In this document: in pieces, positions 28,809-39,416 of the stretch
Position numbering within the stretch: the first letter of the stretch is position 1
How the letters are laid out: the number at the start of each line of letters is the position of its first letter
Origin: a virus
Lineage: Duplodnaviria; Caudoviricetes
Reading direction: 5' to 3' (one strand)
IMG/VR virus record: IMGVR_UViG_3300038393_002038
Span: 1 to 53,076 of that record
DNA length: 53,076 nt
Notes under the pieces: generated by a model
The model's input: the letters and a program-made list of their open reading frames with translations, nothing else
Told to the model about the DNA's origin: nothing
The model's database searches: none
Position numbers and translations under genes: made by a program

Positions 28809-29801
28809 TTATTCGTTAGAAATATTATATACAGGAACTACGTTGGCACTTCCCTGGTTGCTCAGATCGCCAAATACCTTGGCTTCTACAATAACCGAAG
28901 TGACTAATTTTTTGGTAGGGTCCACATCCACGGTGAAGATTTGACTATTCCTGTTGAGGCCTGATTCAACCGTCACTTTCAGTCCACGTTTGGCATAGTT
29001 GCCGTCTCCGTCCGCTGTGGTGTATTCCAGTTTTGATCCATCTGCCATGCCGAAAGGATTTCCGTCTATAAGTACGTTATCACAGCTCCATATCTGATCT
29101 ATAAGGTTGATTATTTCGTCCGGTAATCCGTAAAACTCGCTCTTGGCTAAAACTCCATCCCCGGAAGTCCCAAAATATACGGGCCATTGCTTGGCGCTGC
29201 GACTGCTTAACAAAACAGGGTCGTATTTTTCGTCACGGTATCTTTCATCAGCCCTTACCTTGTCAATGTTGCCAAACATTCCTGTTACCCTGAGTTGAAA
29301 CTGAATACCGGTCTCAAAAATGACATCGTTATGATAACGGCTATTCCAATAATTTAAAAGAAGTGTGTTTTGAAGTTGATCTCCGCTGACATACTGAACT
29401 CCAGACATTAATATTTTTTGTTGCGCTCCCGATCCAAGAAGAACCTGAACATAATAAAGGCCCGCATCAAATTCACCGAGATTAATAGATACCTCATAAA
29501 CGTAGGTTCCCGCCTGGTATTTATTGGGGATTTTATTCAAAGCCGGGAAAGCCTGCACTACCGCGCCGTTTTCATTTAATAAGTTTACAACAATAGGATC
29601 GAAAGAGCTTTCAAATTGAAGATAGATAATGTCTGTCGTTTGCCAGATTTGAATATAATCATCTTGCTGTTGCCAGAAATAAAGTCGTTCCTTAAACGGA
29701 AAGGAACCGAAATGCTTTGTGAAGTAAGCAGGAAGATTTGCCCGGGCAACATCATAGAACCGGATTGGATTCAGCTCTGGTATTGAAAATTGATTAGCCA
29801 T
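28809..29801 (-). CDS. Minor tail protein
   Basis: Position; beta-rich sequence. Confidence 0.65.
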   Translation of the reverse strand: MANQFSIPELNPIRFYDVARANLPAYFTKHFGSFPFKERLYFWQQQDDYIQIWQTTDIIYLQFESSFDPIVVNLLNENGAVVQAFPALNKIPNKYQAGTYVYEVSINLGEFDAGLYYVQVLLGSGAQQKILMSGVQYVSGDQLQNTLLLNYWNSRYHNDVIFETGIQFQLRVTGMFGNIDKVRADERYRDEKYDPVLLSSRSAKQWPVYFGTSGDGVLAKSEFYGLPDEIINLIDQIWSCDNVLIDGNPFGMADGSKLEYTTADGDGNYAKRGLKVTVESGLNRNSQIFTVDVDPTKKLVTSVIVEAKVFGDLSNQGSANVVPVYNISNE

Positions 29802-32232
29802 AATAATCTATTAAATTTTGTAATTGATTTTCGGGAACCGACAACAACTGTAAGCTTTGAACGGCCCTGCTCGACGGCGCCGCGCTTACCGTATTAGCAA
29901 TACCAACATACATCGTACCCTGAAAGGGAAACCTGAATAATTGTAAAGGATTTGCGTCCAACAGATCTTCCATGTCATCGGGTACGCTTCCTTTAAAATC
30001 AAAGCGCACCGGCCAGAAAAAAGGAGCGTCCAGGTCTCCTATTGTTACATCCGCATTCTCAACAACACCACCGCAAATGAGTTTATTATTTTTGTCTGAA
30101 GAAATAAATTTAAAAACTTTTGAGTCGGATCTATACTGACACGACCTTATCCATGCACCATTATTGAGAAACATTCTTTTGGGCGATAAGGGAAGATTAA
30201 AAATTGTTGCCGCCTCTAAAATCCCTGTTGCAGATACATTCAATGAGCGGTCCAGATTATAATGATCCGGATCGTCTCCGAGTGCAGGCTGCAACTCATT
30301 CTCAATAGCTAAAACATAATTGTCGTTATCAGTAGGGTAGCTGGTTGTATCCTGACCGAGTTGCGTGATCCTTATCTTCTCAATCTCATAAGGCATAGCT
30401 TTTATTGGGCTTACCTTATCGACAGTAGCAGGATTGGAAGTTGTTCCCAATGAGAAAATCATCGTGTCGTTGGTTTCCTCGTTGGCATTAAGTACGCCGA
30501 CGTCACTGCTTATAGCAGGATAACCAAAATGAATCTCGTTGAAGAGAAAAGACTTGTCCAGAGAAACTTTTAAGGATTGCGAAACTATTTCAGGAAGATC
30601 AATTATATTATTGCGGTCTATCAGGTTTTGTTTTCTGTCGAAAAGAATCGAACTACCAACAAGTTGAATGCCTACACTGTCGAAAGAATCCCAGAATTTA
30701 TAAAAATCGGTAAAGGGAATTTTCATTGTGGCGCCGGCTATATTCCTGATAGCATTGGCTGAAGTGAAAACATTGTTTTTGTAGGTTTGAAAGTAGCTGC
30801 TTATGGCTGCTTTCAGGTTGCCTTCAGTTACCTTATTCATGAGTTGCTCAAACAGATATTGCCCTCTGAAGGCACGAACATATGTGGGAGCATACCGCGT
30901 TACGAGACCTATTTTGAACTTCGAATTTTCGGTGAACTCAAAGGCAGTTGTGTTGTCTGAGGCTTGTGCAAACTGGCCGCCCCTAAACAAGGATTCGCCG
31001 GCCTGCAAAGAAATATTTTTATTAAAAGTGGCTGTAAAGGTTTCGCCAATATCACTGACACTAAGTGAAGGAAGAGACAAAACAGTTTGGGCGTATTCAT
31101 TAAGCTCATCACTTTTACTTGAAATGAAGCCAAACTTTATACCGGCACCAAAAGGCCAAACGGCTGTAACCTTTATCTCAATGGTTCCGGAAACATTAAC
31201 CGTGATAGTGTTTATTCCTGCATTGGTAATAAGAACATTGAGGCTTGCCATCCTTGTTGCAAATGTGTCAGATTCTTTTTCGAGCTTTTCTGTTTGTGAA
31301 AAAACACCTGTACTGTCACCATCAGAAGAGACAAAAGCACAGGGACCAAAGAAATTCCTTCCATAATCGCCGGCACTGATTGGAAGTTGATCAACATCCT
31401 TGTAATTCAAACTGTCATGCATGTTAATGCCATCCATCTTGACCCAAATAGCATCCGGAACTTCCATAGGAAATTCGAATACCGTGCTTTCGTTTGCCTT
31501 AAGATACTTGGGAAGTCCATCTTCAAGGCACGTGCACGCCACCTTACTGCCTGTATGAGCAAACGTTGTAAGGTCCAACTGAGAGCGAAAAATCTGCTTA
31601 TACCAAAATCCGTAGGTGGTCTCAATGTTTCCGTCACTGGTGCACATTTGTGCCGTCACATCGATTGCAGGATTTGAGACAATTAATTTAAGGATCCCTG
31701 AAGATGGAATGACGAAAGGAAAAACTTTTGATTGCCCCGGTTCCAAATAAGGCAACACATTGCCTGAGTAATAATAAGAGCCATCGGAATTTTTTATTAC
31801 AAGATATACGACGGTGGCGTCATCTGTTGGAGTTAACTTTACATATACTGTGGTGCCAGGATTACCGGTAAGAGTGATACTATTGTCCACTCCTGCCACA
31901 ATCGTGGACAAATTGATCGTTCCTTTTACAGTATCATAATTAAGACGTTGTGCAGCAATTGAAAGGAAGGTATCTTCAACACCGAGAACATAAAAAATAT
32001 ATTTCAGGATAGCAGCCCCATCTTCAACGAAGGATAGTGAATTGCTAACACTCCGGTCCACGCCCCAATAGTTTTTATTGCGGACATTTTTGATCATAAT
32101 GTCAAGCCATCCTGCAGGAGCAAAATTGAGGAAATAAGGTTGAGCGCTCTTTGATACACCCTTACTATCCACTTTGTAAAAGTTGTAGTTACTATCCTGG
32201 ATCGCAAAAATGAAGTCTCTACCGGCTGGCAT
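29794..32232 (-). CDS. Minor tail / baseplate hub protein
   Basis: 812 aa, downstream of tape measure. Confidence 0.65.
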   Translation of the reverse strand: MPAGRDFIFAIQDSNYNFYKVDSKGVSKSAQPYFLNFAPAGWLDIMIKNVRNKNYWGVDRSVSNSLSFVEDGAAILKYIFYVLGVEDTFLSIAAQRLNYDTVKGTINLSTIVAGVDNSITLTGNPGTTVYVKLTPTDDATVVYLVIKNSDGSYYYSGNVLPYLEPGQSKVFPFVIPSSGILKLIVSNPAIDVTAQMCTSDGNIETTYGFWYKQIFRSQLDLTTFAHTGSKVACTCLEDGLPKYLKANESTVFEFPMEVPDAIWVKMDGINMHDSLNYKDVDQLPISAGDYGRNFFGPCAFVSSDGDSTGVFSQTEKLEKESDTFATRMASLNVLITNAGINTITVNVSGTIEIKVTAVWPFGAGIKFGFISSKSDELNEYAQTVLSLPSLSVSDIGETFTATFNKNISLQAGESLFRGGQFAQASDNTTAFEFTENSKFKIGLVTRYAPTYVRAFRGQYLFEQLMNKVTEGNLKAAISSYFQTYKNNVFTSANAIRNIAGATMKIPFTDFYKFWDSFDSVGIQLVGSSILFDRKQNLIDRNNIIDLPEIVSQSLKVSLDKSFLFNEIHFGYPAISSDVGVLNANEETNDTMIFSLGTTSNPATVDKVSPIKAMPYEIEKIRITQLGQDTTSYPTDNDNYVLAIENELQPALGDDPDHYNLDRSLNVSATGILEAATIFNLPLSPKRMFLNNGAWIRSCQYRSDSKVFKFISSDKNNKLICGGVVENADVTIGDLDAPFFWPVRFDFKGSVPDDMEDLLDANPLQLFRFPFQGTMYVGIANTVSAAPSSRAVQSLQLLSVPENQLQNLIDYYG

Positions 32233-32941
32233 CTGAATAGTATTTAATTGTAGTAGTGTTTTTTATTTGTCCACACAGCATGTTTCTTAGTTTGCCATAT
32301 TTAATATTAATATCTCTTGCTGCGTCTTTTATACAACCATATACTTTCCCATTATTAACATCAACAACTTTCCGTGCTAAGTTTGTTTTATCTCCCAAAA
32401 GTCTCTCTCTCGCTGCCTTTTTATGAGCTTCTGTTGGTATATAAACAATCACACCTTTCATTCTTTCGCTTTGCCTTTTCTTAGATTCCGCTGACCATTT
32501 TTTACCAAGGTTAAACTTTTTACCTTTCATAAAATCGCTGTGGCTTTTCCTGAATTCATCGCTTTTTTTGTGGCCTAAAGCATAATGATTACCAAGAGCT
32601 TTTTGTCTATTTGCCTCACGGAGCTCTTTGGTCATTCTGTAACCCAATACACTGCCTGCTTTTTTAAGAATATTGAACGAAGGTTTTATTGTATCAATAA
32701 AATGTTGCTCTTTTTCGATAAGTCTACTTTTGTCAGAAACTATTTCTAAAACATCAAAATACAGATCATCTATTCCGTACTTATTTATGTGCGATTGCAG
32801 ACGAATGTTTACATGTTTCTGCAATCTTAAATCACTGAGATGTTGCCTTTTTCTGGCAGCAAGATTAATAGCGCTGCCAACATAGCATCTATCTGGCTTA
32901 CTTTTGCTTTTTATGATATAAATGCAACTTATCTTGTCCAT
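32219..32941 (-). CDS. GIY-YIG homing endonuclease with NUMOD3-like repeats
   Basis: CIY.I.......CYVGSA..R...H, E..EQ, FNI. Confidence 0.9.
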   Translation of the reverse strand: MDKISCIYIIKSKSKPDRCYVGSAINLAARKRQHLSDLRLQKHVNIRLQSHINKYGIDDLYFDVLEIVSDKSRLIEKEQHFIDTIKPSFNILKKAGSVLGYRMTKELREANRQKALGNHYALGHKKSDEFRKSHSDFMKGKKFNLGKKWSAESKKRQSERMKGVIVYIPTEAHKKAARERLLGDKTNLARKVVDVNNGKVYGCIKDAARDINIKYGKLRNMLCGQIKNTTTIKYYSDASR

Positions 32942-32954
32942 CGTTGTATAAAAT

Positions 32955-33001
32955 AAAAAAGCCCGATTCCATTGCTGAAATCAGGCTTTCGTTGAAGCTC
33001 T
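32955..33001 (-). promoter_or_regulatory. Conserved leader attenuator copy 2
   Basis: AGAGCTTCAACGAAAGCC-stem-GGCTTTTTT upstream of ATG 32941. Confidence 0.85.
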
Positions 33002-33021
33002 TTTGTTATGTAAAAGTAATA

Positions 33022-33546
33022 TTAAAAATTCATTGTCTCGTCTGGTTTATTCATGGCTTCCTTCAAGCTACTGATGGTGTTTAAAATTTCATCATTCACC
33101 GCAACAAGCATTCTTTGGTAGTATTTTTTCTCAAATCCTGGCGCTTGGTTTTGTATGGGTACCTGAATTCTTCCACCATCATAATATTCTCCGGAAAGGC
33201 CCGTGATCTCATACTTGTATTTACCGTTTTTGAAATAAAGTTTTACCGTGTGGCTAACATATAACCTCTGTCCGTCTGAAAAGAAACCTGGAACATAAGG
33301 AACATCAAAAACTCCCTTTCCAATTAGTATCCCTGCATCTTTGTCCTGCATTTGAATAACATCATTCGCTGACTTATATTCACTCACAAACCAAGCTTTT
33401 GCACGATCAAATAATTCTGCTTTACTTACGGTAGAATCCAACATTACAACATCAGTGTACATTACGGTACCTTCTTTTTCAGGCAATATTTTCTGAGCAG
33501 AAGTCAAAAAAGGCAAAAAGAATAAGAGCGTAAAATATTTTTTCAT
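33022..33546 (-). CDS. DUF4468-like exported protein (moron)
   Basis: Signal peptide; SK.ELF.RAK.WF...YKSANDVIQ..DK..G.LIGKG. Confidence 0.75.
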   Translation of the reverse strand: MKKYFTLLFFLPFLTSAQKILPEKEGTVMYTDVVMLDSTVSKAELFDRAKAWFVSEYKSANDVIQMQDKDAGILIGKGVFDVPYVPGFFSDGQRLYVSHTVKLYFKNGKYKYEITGLSGEYYDGGRIQVPIQNQAPGFEKKYYQRMLVAVNDEILNTISSLKEAMNKPDETMNF

Positions 33547-33579
33547 TTTTTCAGGAAAGATAATCACATTTTTAAAAAA

Positions 33580-36500
33580 TTACCAATTTGTGTTTTCCTC
33601 AACATATTTAGTTTGACTACTTCCCCATTTCCAAATTGCTTCCATGCCAACATTTGAACTTCTCAGGCTCAGTTCCTTTTTGTTGGCAATTGAAGATAAC
33701 AACGGCCGCAAAATGTTTGTCTGCCTCTGTAAAGCAAGTTCTATCTGATCGGCGCTATTATCTCGCACTGATCCTACATTTAAAACAGGCATTGCAAGTG
33801 CCTTCATCATTGAAAAGAAGTTTGGATAGATCACGTCATTTTTCTTCACATAGGTAAGCGTGTCAGTTGAAGGTGTTTTTTCAATGGTTCCATCTTCTCG
33901 TTTAATATATTCCGGAACGCCGCCATCCCCAACTATCGCAGGTCCCTCATAGTTGTCCTTAAGATTTTTACCATGCTTATATTTTGGAACCGGTGTAGCA
34001 ATAGCAACGGCAAGTTGTGCAGCGCCAAGAGCTCCGATTAAAACCGATAATGGAATATTCGGAAGTGCTTTAACTACGGCCACGGCTGTTGCCAAAACTA
34101 TATTAAATATGGCTGTTGCTTTTTGCGCCCTCGCATTCTCTTCATCTGCCTGCTTTTGTTTTAAGGCTATCTCATCTTTTTGCGCTTGTACTCTTGCATT
34201 TAAAATCGTAATCTTATCTGCTTTTTCCTGCTCAGCAAGACCGGACGCGTTGATCAACTCAATTTGTCTGGCAGAATAAGCGTCTAATGCGTCGCTTTGA
34301 TCCTGCAAAGCGTTCTTTTGCCTTGTAACCATTCCATTGATTGCTCCCTCAATAACTGAAAAAACCTGTGTTCCAATATCTTTAATTTTATTAAATGCAT
34401 CAACCAGGGCATTTAATGAATCATCGGTAATTTTCTTATCCTGGTTTGACAGATCTGCTTTTAATTTACTAAGCTGTCTGTATAAATCGCTTTCCTTTCC
34501 AACGGCTTCCTGCACGGCTTTTAACTCATCCGTAACCTGTTTGATCCTGTCGTCATGAACTTTTAATTCAGAGTCTGAAAGACCTGCAACGCTTTGTCCT
34601 TTGAGATCGTTTAGCTCTTTTTGTAACTCAATCTCAACTTCAGCAGCAGATTTGGACGCGGCCAAAGACTTTTCGATGTTTTCGATCTGTATTTGCAGGC
34701 TATTCTTTGCATAATCATCGTCAAGTTTTAATTTTTCCTTATTGTAATTACCGGCAGCAATCTCTCCGTTTTTGTACATTTCATTGAGGTCAACAACCTG
34801 CTTACTATAACTTTCTTCCAAGCTTGCATTGCTAGCAGCGGTTTCTTCAGCAATCTTCTTTAGCGCCTTGTCGCTTTCGAAAGCATATTGCTCATAATAA
34901 TCCTTAACGATTTTTATTTGCTGCAGGCTGGCATCTTTAGAAAGATCGATAACAGCATTATTAAAGTCAGCAATAAGCTTCTTAAGCTCTTCATCTGTGA
35001 TTTTTTTATTACTGATTTCAAAAAAACCTTCTTGTTTGATCCGTTCAATATCCGGATCACTGATACCCGCCGATGAAAGATCGCTGGTATATTGAGCTTC
35101 CAGCGATTGTTTTCTAGCTTCAATAGATTTTTTTAAAGCTTCTAGTCGTTGCGCTTCTGTAAGAGCATCATTGTTATAAATATCCTGATTGGTTTGGGAA
35201 ATACGGTCGTAAATAGCTTTTTGAACGGCTGTGACGGCTGCAAGATCCTTTAATCTGAAATCTTCTTTTTCCTTATAAATTGCTTCATCAGAATCTTTTT
35301 GGGCTGAAGCAATATCGGCTGCTGCTTTTTTGGCCGCAATTAACTTATCTGTGGTGCTAACAGTAGGATCGTTTTGAGTGGAAATATTCTCAGCATTGAT
35401 AACCTTGATCTTTCCAGCGAGATTGCTCTTCAAGGCATCCAGCCTTTGGGCAAGTGTGGACCTGTCATTGTTTAAGATACGTTCATTGGCCGCAGTTTGA
35501 GCATCTGATTCGATCTGGACCATAGATAACTTATATTTCCTTAAATCATCATCGGAAAGTTTTATCTTTTGGTTTTTAAGGTTTTCAACTTGTGCTTCTG
35601 CGTCTGCGGATTCATTGAGGGCAGAAAGTCCTAAGTCTAAATTTGCTTTTCTGGCATCATAATCATCCTTATAAGCCTGAATTCTGTCATTATATCCTTC
35701 AAGAATTTTGTCATATTTTGGATTTCCTTTGTTGGCGGCATTATCCTCAAATTCTTTTTTAAACTGTTGCTCTATTCGTAACTGATTAGCCGCTTCAAGT
35801 GCTTGTTGTTGAGCTAAAGCAACTTTTTCTTTGGTAACGCCAAGTGTTTTTACATCATCAGCCGCATTCTTTGCTCTCAGTTCAGCAACTTTTAAATCCA
35901 ATGCAAGACTCTCTGATTGTGTTACTCCTAAAGCTTTTCTTTTGTCTACTATTTTCTGCAGGTCGGCAAGCTCTTCCTGAGAAGTTAGTTTACGAATATC
36001 GTCATACTGTTTGGTGGCATCAATAAGGTCTTTTATGGTTTTAACCAGATCTTTATTGGCTTTTTCTACTGAATCGATAGCGTTATTCCAGTTGGTGATT
36101 GCCTTGTAAATCTCATAAATAGCAACAGCTAATCCGACAATTACCAAACCTATACCAGTGGCCGCAATAGCTGTGGCCATAGTACTTGCACCAGCAGCAA
36201 CGGCCCCTTCAGAAGCGGCAACTGTATCCAGTCCCTCTGCGAGCGCTACAGCTCCAACTGCCTGTGCTTCCATACCTGCGGCTGCGGGAGCGCTGGCAGC
36301 GGCAAGCTCGGTACTTGCTGTAGCTGACGCCTGTTCAGCAGCGGCAGCCTCGCCAAGCGGAGCAACAGAAGCCCCCGCGGCGGCTCCAAGCTCTGCCTTG
36401 GCACCTGCAGCCGCTTCAGTTAAGGCGGCGTCCTTCGACACAGCGGCAGCATTTGTATTGACAGCAGTTGTATTTTCAATCGCTGCTTTTGTTGCTTTTT

Positions 36501-37923
36501 CAGAAGCGTTGACATCTTTTATTAAAGCATTGTTTTTATTAAGAACCGCGGTATTTACAGCAGCAATACCGTCGGCAACTTTATCCTGAACATCAGATAA
36601 TCCACTGTCAGCATCCGCGGCCGCACCTGTAGCAACAGTTCCTGCAACCTTCGCGGCAGCGTTTTTTATTTGAGCCGCCGTGTTTAAATCGAGTGCCGCT
36701 GTTGATTCGCCGGTAACTTTTGCCACAAGCGACTCAGCAGCTGCAAGAAAAGAGGTTTTTACGGTATTGAGTGCTGTGGCAATGGCACTCTTCTCACTTA
36801 TTAACTTATTAAACTCAGCTAACCCCTGTAACACGTTCATTATTGCTACTAACTTGTAAAGTTCCTTTTCTACTTTTTCATTCCCATCTGCAAATAAGGC
36901 TGCTGCTCCGGCTCCTACGGCATACGCTCCGCCTAATCCCCTTGCAGCAGCGGTTAATCCGGCCAGTACCGGCGAATCACTTTGTAATAAAGCCTGCTGT
37001 TCTTTAAAATTCTTTACATCACGTGCAGCATTGTTTACACTGGTTTGCAGCTCCTGAAAAGTCTTTGTTCCTCCAAGGCCGGCCTCATACATCGTACGCA
37101 GGGCGTTTTCGCTTTGCCTTAATTCTGATGTTAATGTAGAGAATCCTTTCGTTTGCTGGGCACTTAGATTGCCTAATATTTCAACTTCTTTTTGAAGTTG
37201 CTGGCCTGAAGTGGTATTTTCTCTTTGTGCCTGTGTGAGTTGATCTAGTTGAGTTTTAGCTTCGGCAAATCCTTTTTGCAAGATACCGACTGCGCCTGTA
37301 TAGTTTCCTACATTCCTTTGGAACTGGCCCACGGAGGCGTCAATAGTTTTTAAAACGGTAGCAAGGTCATTAGCCTTTTCGGCAGCGGCAGTAGCCTGTT
37401 CTTTAAATTCTGGATTGATAAGTGCCTGAGCGGACAACGCTTTGGCTGTTTTTTGCGCATTCTGGTATTCCTGGTTAAGCAGCTGATATGAATCCCGAAG
37501 GCCAAGCGTATTGATAGCGGCTTCCTTGTTGGCGGCATTCTGTTGTGTCTGTTGCACCTTTAGTTCGGCTATTTGTTTTGCCTCATCGGTACTCAGTGAA
37601 GCAAGTTTTTCCTTTTCTTTTTGAAGCTGTTTGGCTGATGCTGATAAATCGTTTTGTGCCGTCACATTTTGTTTTGTAGCATCCGTGCTTTGCTTTAGTG
37701 TTGAGGTTTGAGCAGCAATAGTATTGTTAAGGTTTTGAATTATTGGAGCGGCCTGTGATACACTCGAAACAAAATCTTTTATTCCGGATACCCCCTGCAT
37801 ACCAATTTTTATATCTTTTAGCTTATCAAAAGCAGATTCCAGTTGTTCAAGTTCACCAAGGGCAAACTGTGTATCATCAGCGAAGCCTTGACGGTCAATA
37901 TATTTACTTAATAGTTCATCCAT
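33580..37923 (-). CDS. Tape measure protein
   Basis: 1447 aa helical, Ala/Gln/Lys-rich, QRNVGNY motif, hydrophobic segments. Confidence 0.85.
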   Translation of the reverse strand: MDELLSKYIDRQGFADDTQFALGELEQLESAFDKLKDIKIGMQGVSGIKDFVSSVSQAAPIIQNLNNTIAAQTSTLKQSTDATKQNVTAQNDLSASAKQLQKEKEKLASLSTDEAKQIAELKVQQTQQNAANKEAAINTLGLRDSYQLLNQEYQNAQKTAKALSAQALINPEFKEQATAAAEKANDLATVLKTIDASVGQFQRNVGNYTGAVGILQKGFAEAKTQLDQLTQAQRENTTSGQQLQKEVEILGNLSAQQTKGFSTLTSELRQSENALRTMYEAGLGGTKTFQELQTSVNNAARDVKNFKEQQALLQSDSPVLAGLTAAARGLGGAYAVGAGAAALFADGNEKVEKELYKLVAIMNVLQGLAEFNKLISEKSAIATALNTVKTSFLAAAESLVAKVTGESTAALDLNTAAQIKNAAAKVAGTVATGAAADADSGLSDVQDKVADGIAAVNTAVLNKNNALIKDVNASEKATKAAIENTTAVNTNAAAVSKDAALTEAAAGAKAELGAAAGASVAPLGEAAAAEQASATASTELAAASAPAAAGMEAQAVGAVALAEGLDTVAASEGAVAAGASTMATAIAATGIGLVIVGLAVAIYEIYKAITNWNNAIDSVEKANKDLVKTIKDLIDATKQYDDIRKLTSQEELADLQKIVDKRKALGVTQSESLALDLKVAELRAKNAADDVKTLGVTKEKVALAQQQALEAANQLRIEQQFKKEFEDNAANKGNPKYDKILEGYNDRIQAYKDDYDARKANLDLGLSALNESADAEAQVENLKNQKIKLSDDDLRKYKLSMVQIESDAQTAANERILNNDRSTLAQRLDALKSNLAGKIKVINAENISTQNDPTVSTTDKLIAAKKAAADIASAQKDSDEAIYKEKEDFRLKDLAAVTAVQKAIYDRISQTNQDIYNNDALTEAQRLEALKKSIEARKQSLEAQYTSDLSSAGISDPDIERIKQEGFFEISNKKITDEELKKLIADFNNAVIDLSKDASLQQIKIVKDYYEQYAFESDKALKKIAEETAASNASLEESYSKQVVDLNEMYKNGEIAAGNYNKEKLKLDDDYAKNSLQIQIENIEKSLAASKSAAEVEIELQKELNDLKGQSVAGLSDSELKVHDDRIKQVTDELKAVQEAVGKESDLYRQLSKLKADLSNQDKKITDDSLNALVDAFNKIKDIGTQVFSVIEGAINGMVTRQKNALQDQSDALDAYSARQIELINASGLAEQEKADKITILNARVQAQKDEIALKQKQADEENARAQKATAIFNIVLATAVAVVKALPNIPLSVLIGALGAAQLAVAIATPVPKYKHGKNLKDNYEGPAIVGDGGVPEYIKREDGTIEKTPSTDTLTYVKKNDVIYPNFFSMMKALAMPVLNVGSVRDNSADQIELALQRQTNILRPLLSSIANKKELSLRSSNVGMEAIWKWGSSQTKYVEENTNW

Positions 37924-37936
37924 TTTCGTTTAAATT

Positions 37937-37983
37937 AAAAAAGCCACTACAACTTTCGCTGTAATGGCTTTCGATGAAGCTCT
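37937..37983 (-). promoter_or_regulatory. Conserved leader attenuator copy 3
   Basis: AGAGCTTCATCGAAAGCC-stem-GGCTTTTTT upstream of ATG 37923. Confidence 0.85.
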
Positions 37984-38007
37984 TATTTTTAAAAGTTAAC
38001 TTATAGG

Positions 38008-38391
38008 TTAACTTTCCTGCAATTCTTTTATTTCAAGCTCTTCGCCGGTTAAAGCATAATGAAGATTCTGCAGCTGGTGAACGTACTTCACTTTTACTTT
38101 AGTGATACCGTTATAGATAACGGTAAACTCGCTATATATAAAATCTTCTCCATCCAATCCGATAATAAAATCTCCCAACCCCCAGCAAGTCTTTTTACTA
38201 AAGCCAAGCTTATTAAAAGCTTCATCACTCAAAGGAATAAATTCCATGCACCACCCATCGGGCAATGGATATTTATCTCTATTGATGAGAATAGCACCTA
38301 TATTTTCTCCGATTTCATCAACAATCATCCACTCTCCCGAAACTTTGTCCATTACATAATTACCAATTCTTAATTCACTTTCTTTTATCAT
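38008..38391 (-). CDS. Conserved phage protein
   Basis: ELRIGNYV...YVHQLQNL.YALTGEEL. Confidence 0.8.
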   Translation of the reverse strand: MIKESELRIGNYVMDKVSGEWMIVDEIGENIGAILINRDKYPLPDGWCMEFIPLSDEAFNKLGFSKKTCWGLGDFIIGLDGEDFIYSEFTVIYNGITKVKVKYVHQLQNLHYALTGEELEIKELQES

Positions 38392-38562
38392 TTTTTATAG
38401 TTTTATTTCTTGATTTAAAACGGATGAATCAGCAAGCGTTACATTATATTTAATACGACTTCCCTTTAAAATAGTCTTTCTTATCGCTTCCTCCATCCCG
38501 TATTTTTTTACAAGATATTTGCTTACAAAAATAACTCCTGAAAATTTCATTTTAAAATGTTT

Positions 38563-39309
38563 TTAATATCTTGGAATCTCCTTTGGTTTACGCTTGTTGG
38601 CTTCTTCTGCTTCAGTTGCTGCCTGTCTGTAATACTCACAATACTCATTCATCATTATATCCTTATTAAGCTTATAACCAAGAGATAAAACCCTGGAAAG
38701 AGTAATCAACATCGAAGAAAAATAGTTTTTGTCAATCTTCTTTCCATTACCGCCTTCAACCTTTTTTTTGATTTCCTCAAATTCGATAAGTTTCAGGTCA
38801 AGATTCATTTTTAATCCACCGATCCTGCGCTCACATTTATCTAGTTCCGAAAAATAAGTCTTCAAATCCCTGGGGTTAAATTTACAGGTGAGATAAAGCA
38901 TGGCATTAAGCTCCCCGGCAAATTTCTTAGAATAATTTTTTCTTAAAACCGCAATGCATATCTTGATCATCTCAATATTGAGCTTCAACAATTCAACCTG
39001 TTTAAACAAACTATAGTACAGCCTGAATTCTGAATTTCCTAGTATCTCTGAATATTCCTGTAAGATACTTTCCCATGCCAAAGACAATTCCTTTTCTGTT
39101 GGGAACCCTGAAATGATAAGTGAAGAAAGATTATTATTTAAAAGACATTCTTCAAAACGGTAAAGAGTAGTATCATAAATACTTTTGCAATACTTAGGCG
39201 TATTTTGAGATAAGTTCGATAATGTCGTATCCGTTAGATCTTGCTGTGGCGGCTTCGCTGTAAGCAACCGAGTTTTTCCCCTCTTTGTATAACGCATACG
39301 TTTTTTCAT
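38563..39309 (-). CDS. Tail-region protein (chaperone-like position; start uncertain)
   Basis: Long ORF between tail tube and TMP, overlaps upstream gene. Confidence 0.7.
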   Translation of the reverse strand: MKKRMRYTKRGKTRLLTAKPPQQDLTDTTLSNLSQNTPKYCKSIYDTTLYRFEECLLNNNLSSLIISGFPTEKELSLAWESILQEYSEILGNSEFRLYYSLFKQVELLKLNIEMIKICIAVLRKNYSKKFAGELNAMLYLTCKFNPRDLKTYFSELDKCERRIGGLKMNLDLKLIEFEEIKKKVEGGNGKKIDKNYFSSMLITLSRVLSLGYKLNKDIMMNEYCEYYRQAATEAEEANKRKPKEIPRY

Positions 39310-39406
39310 TCTGAACTGCTAATTTTTTGGCTTCTGATCGGGCCTTATCAATATCAAAATAAACTTTCTTTTTTCTTAGTCGGCATTCCGGACACGGTGT
39401 TGGCAT
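39194..39406 (-). CDS. Small CxxC tail-region protein
   Basis: MPTPCPEC start. Confidence 0.65.
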   Translation of the reverse strand: MPTPCPECRLRKKKVYFDIDKARSEAKKLAVQNEKTYALYKEGKNSVAYSEAATARSNGYDIIELISKYA

Positions 39407-39416
39407 TTTATTACTT

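Noticed and set aside
32219-32941. Group I intron around the GIY-YIG gene
   Set aside because: Flanking genes appear intact and there is no room for an intron core
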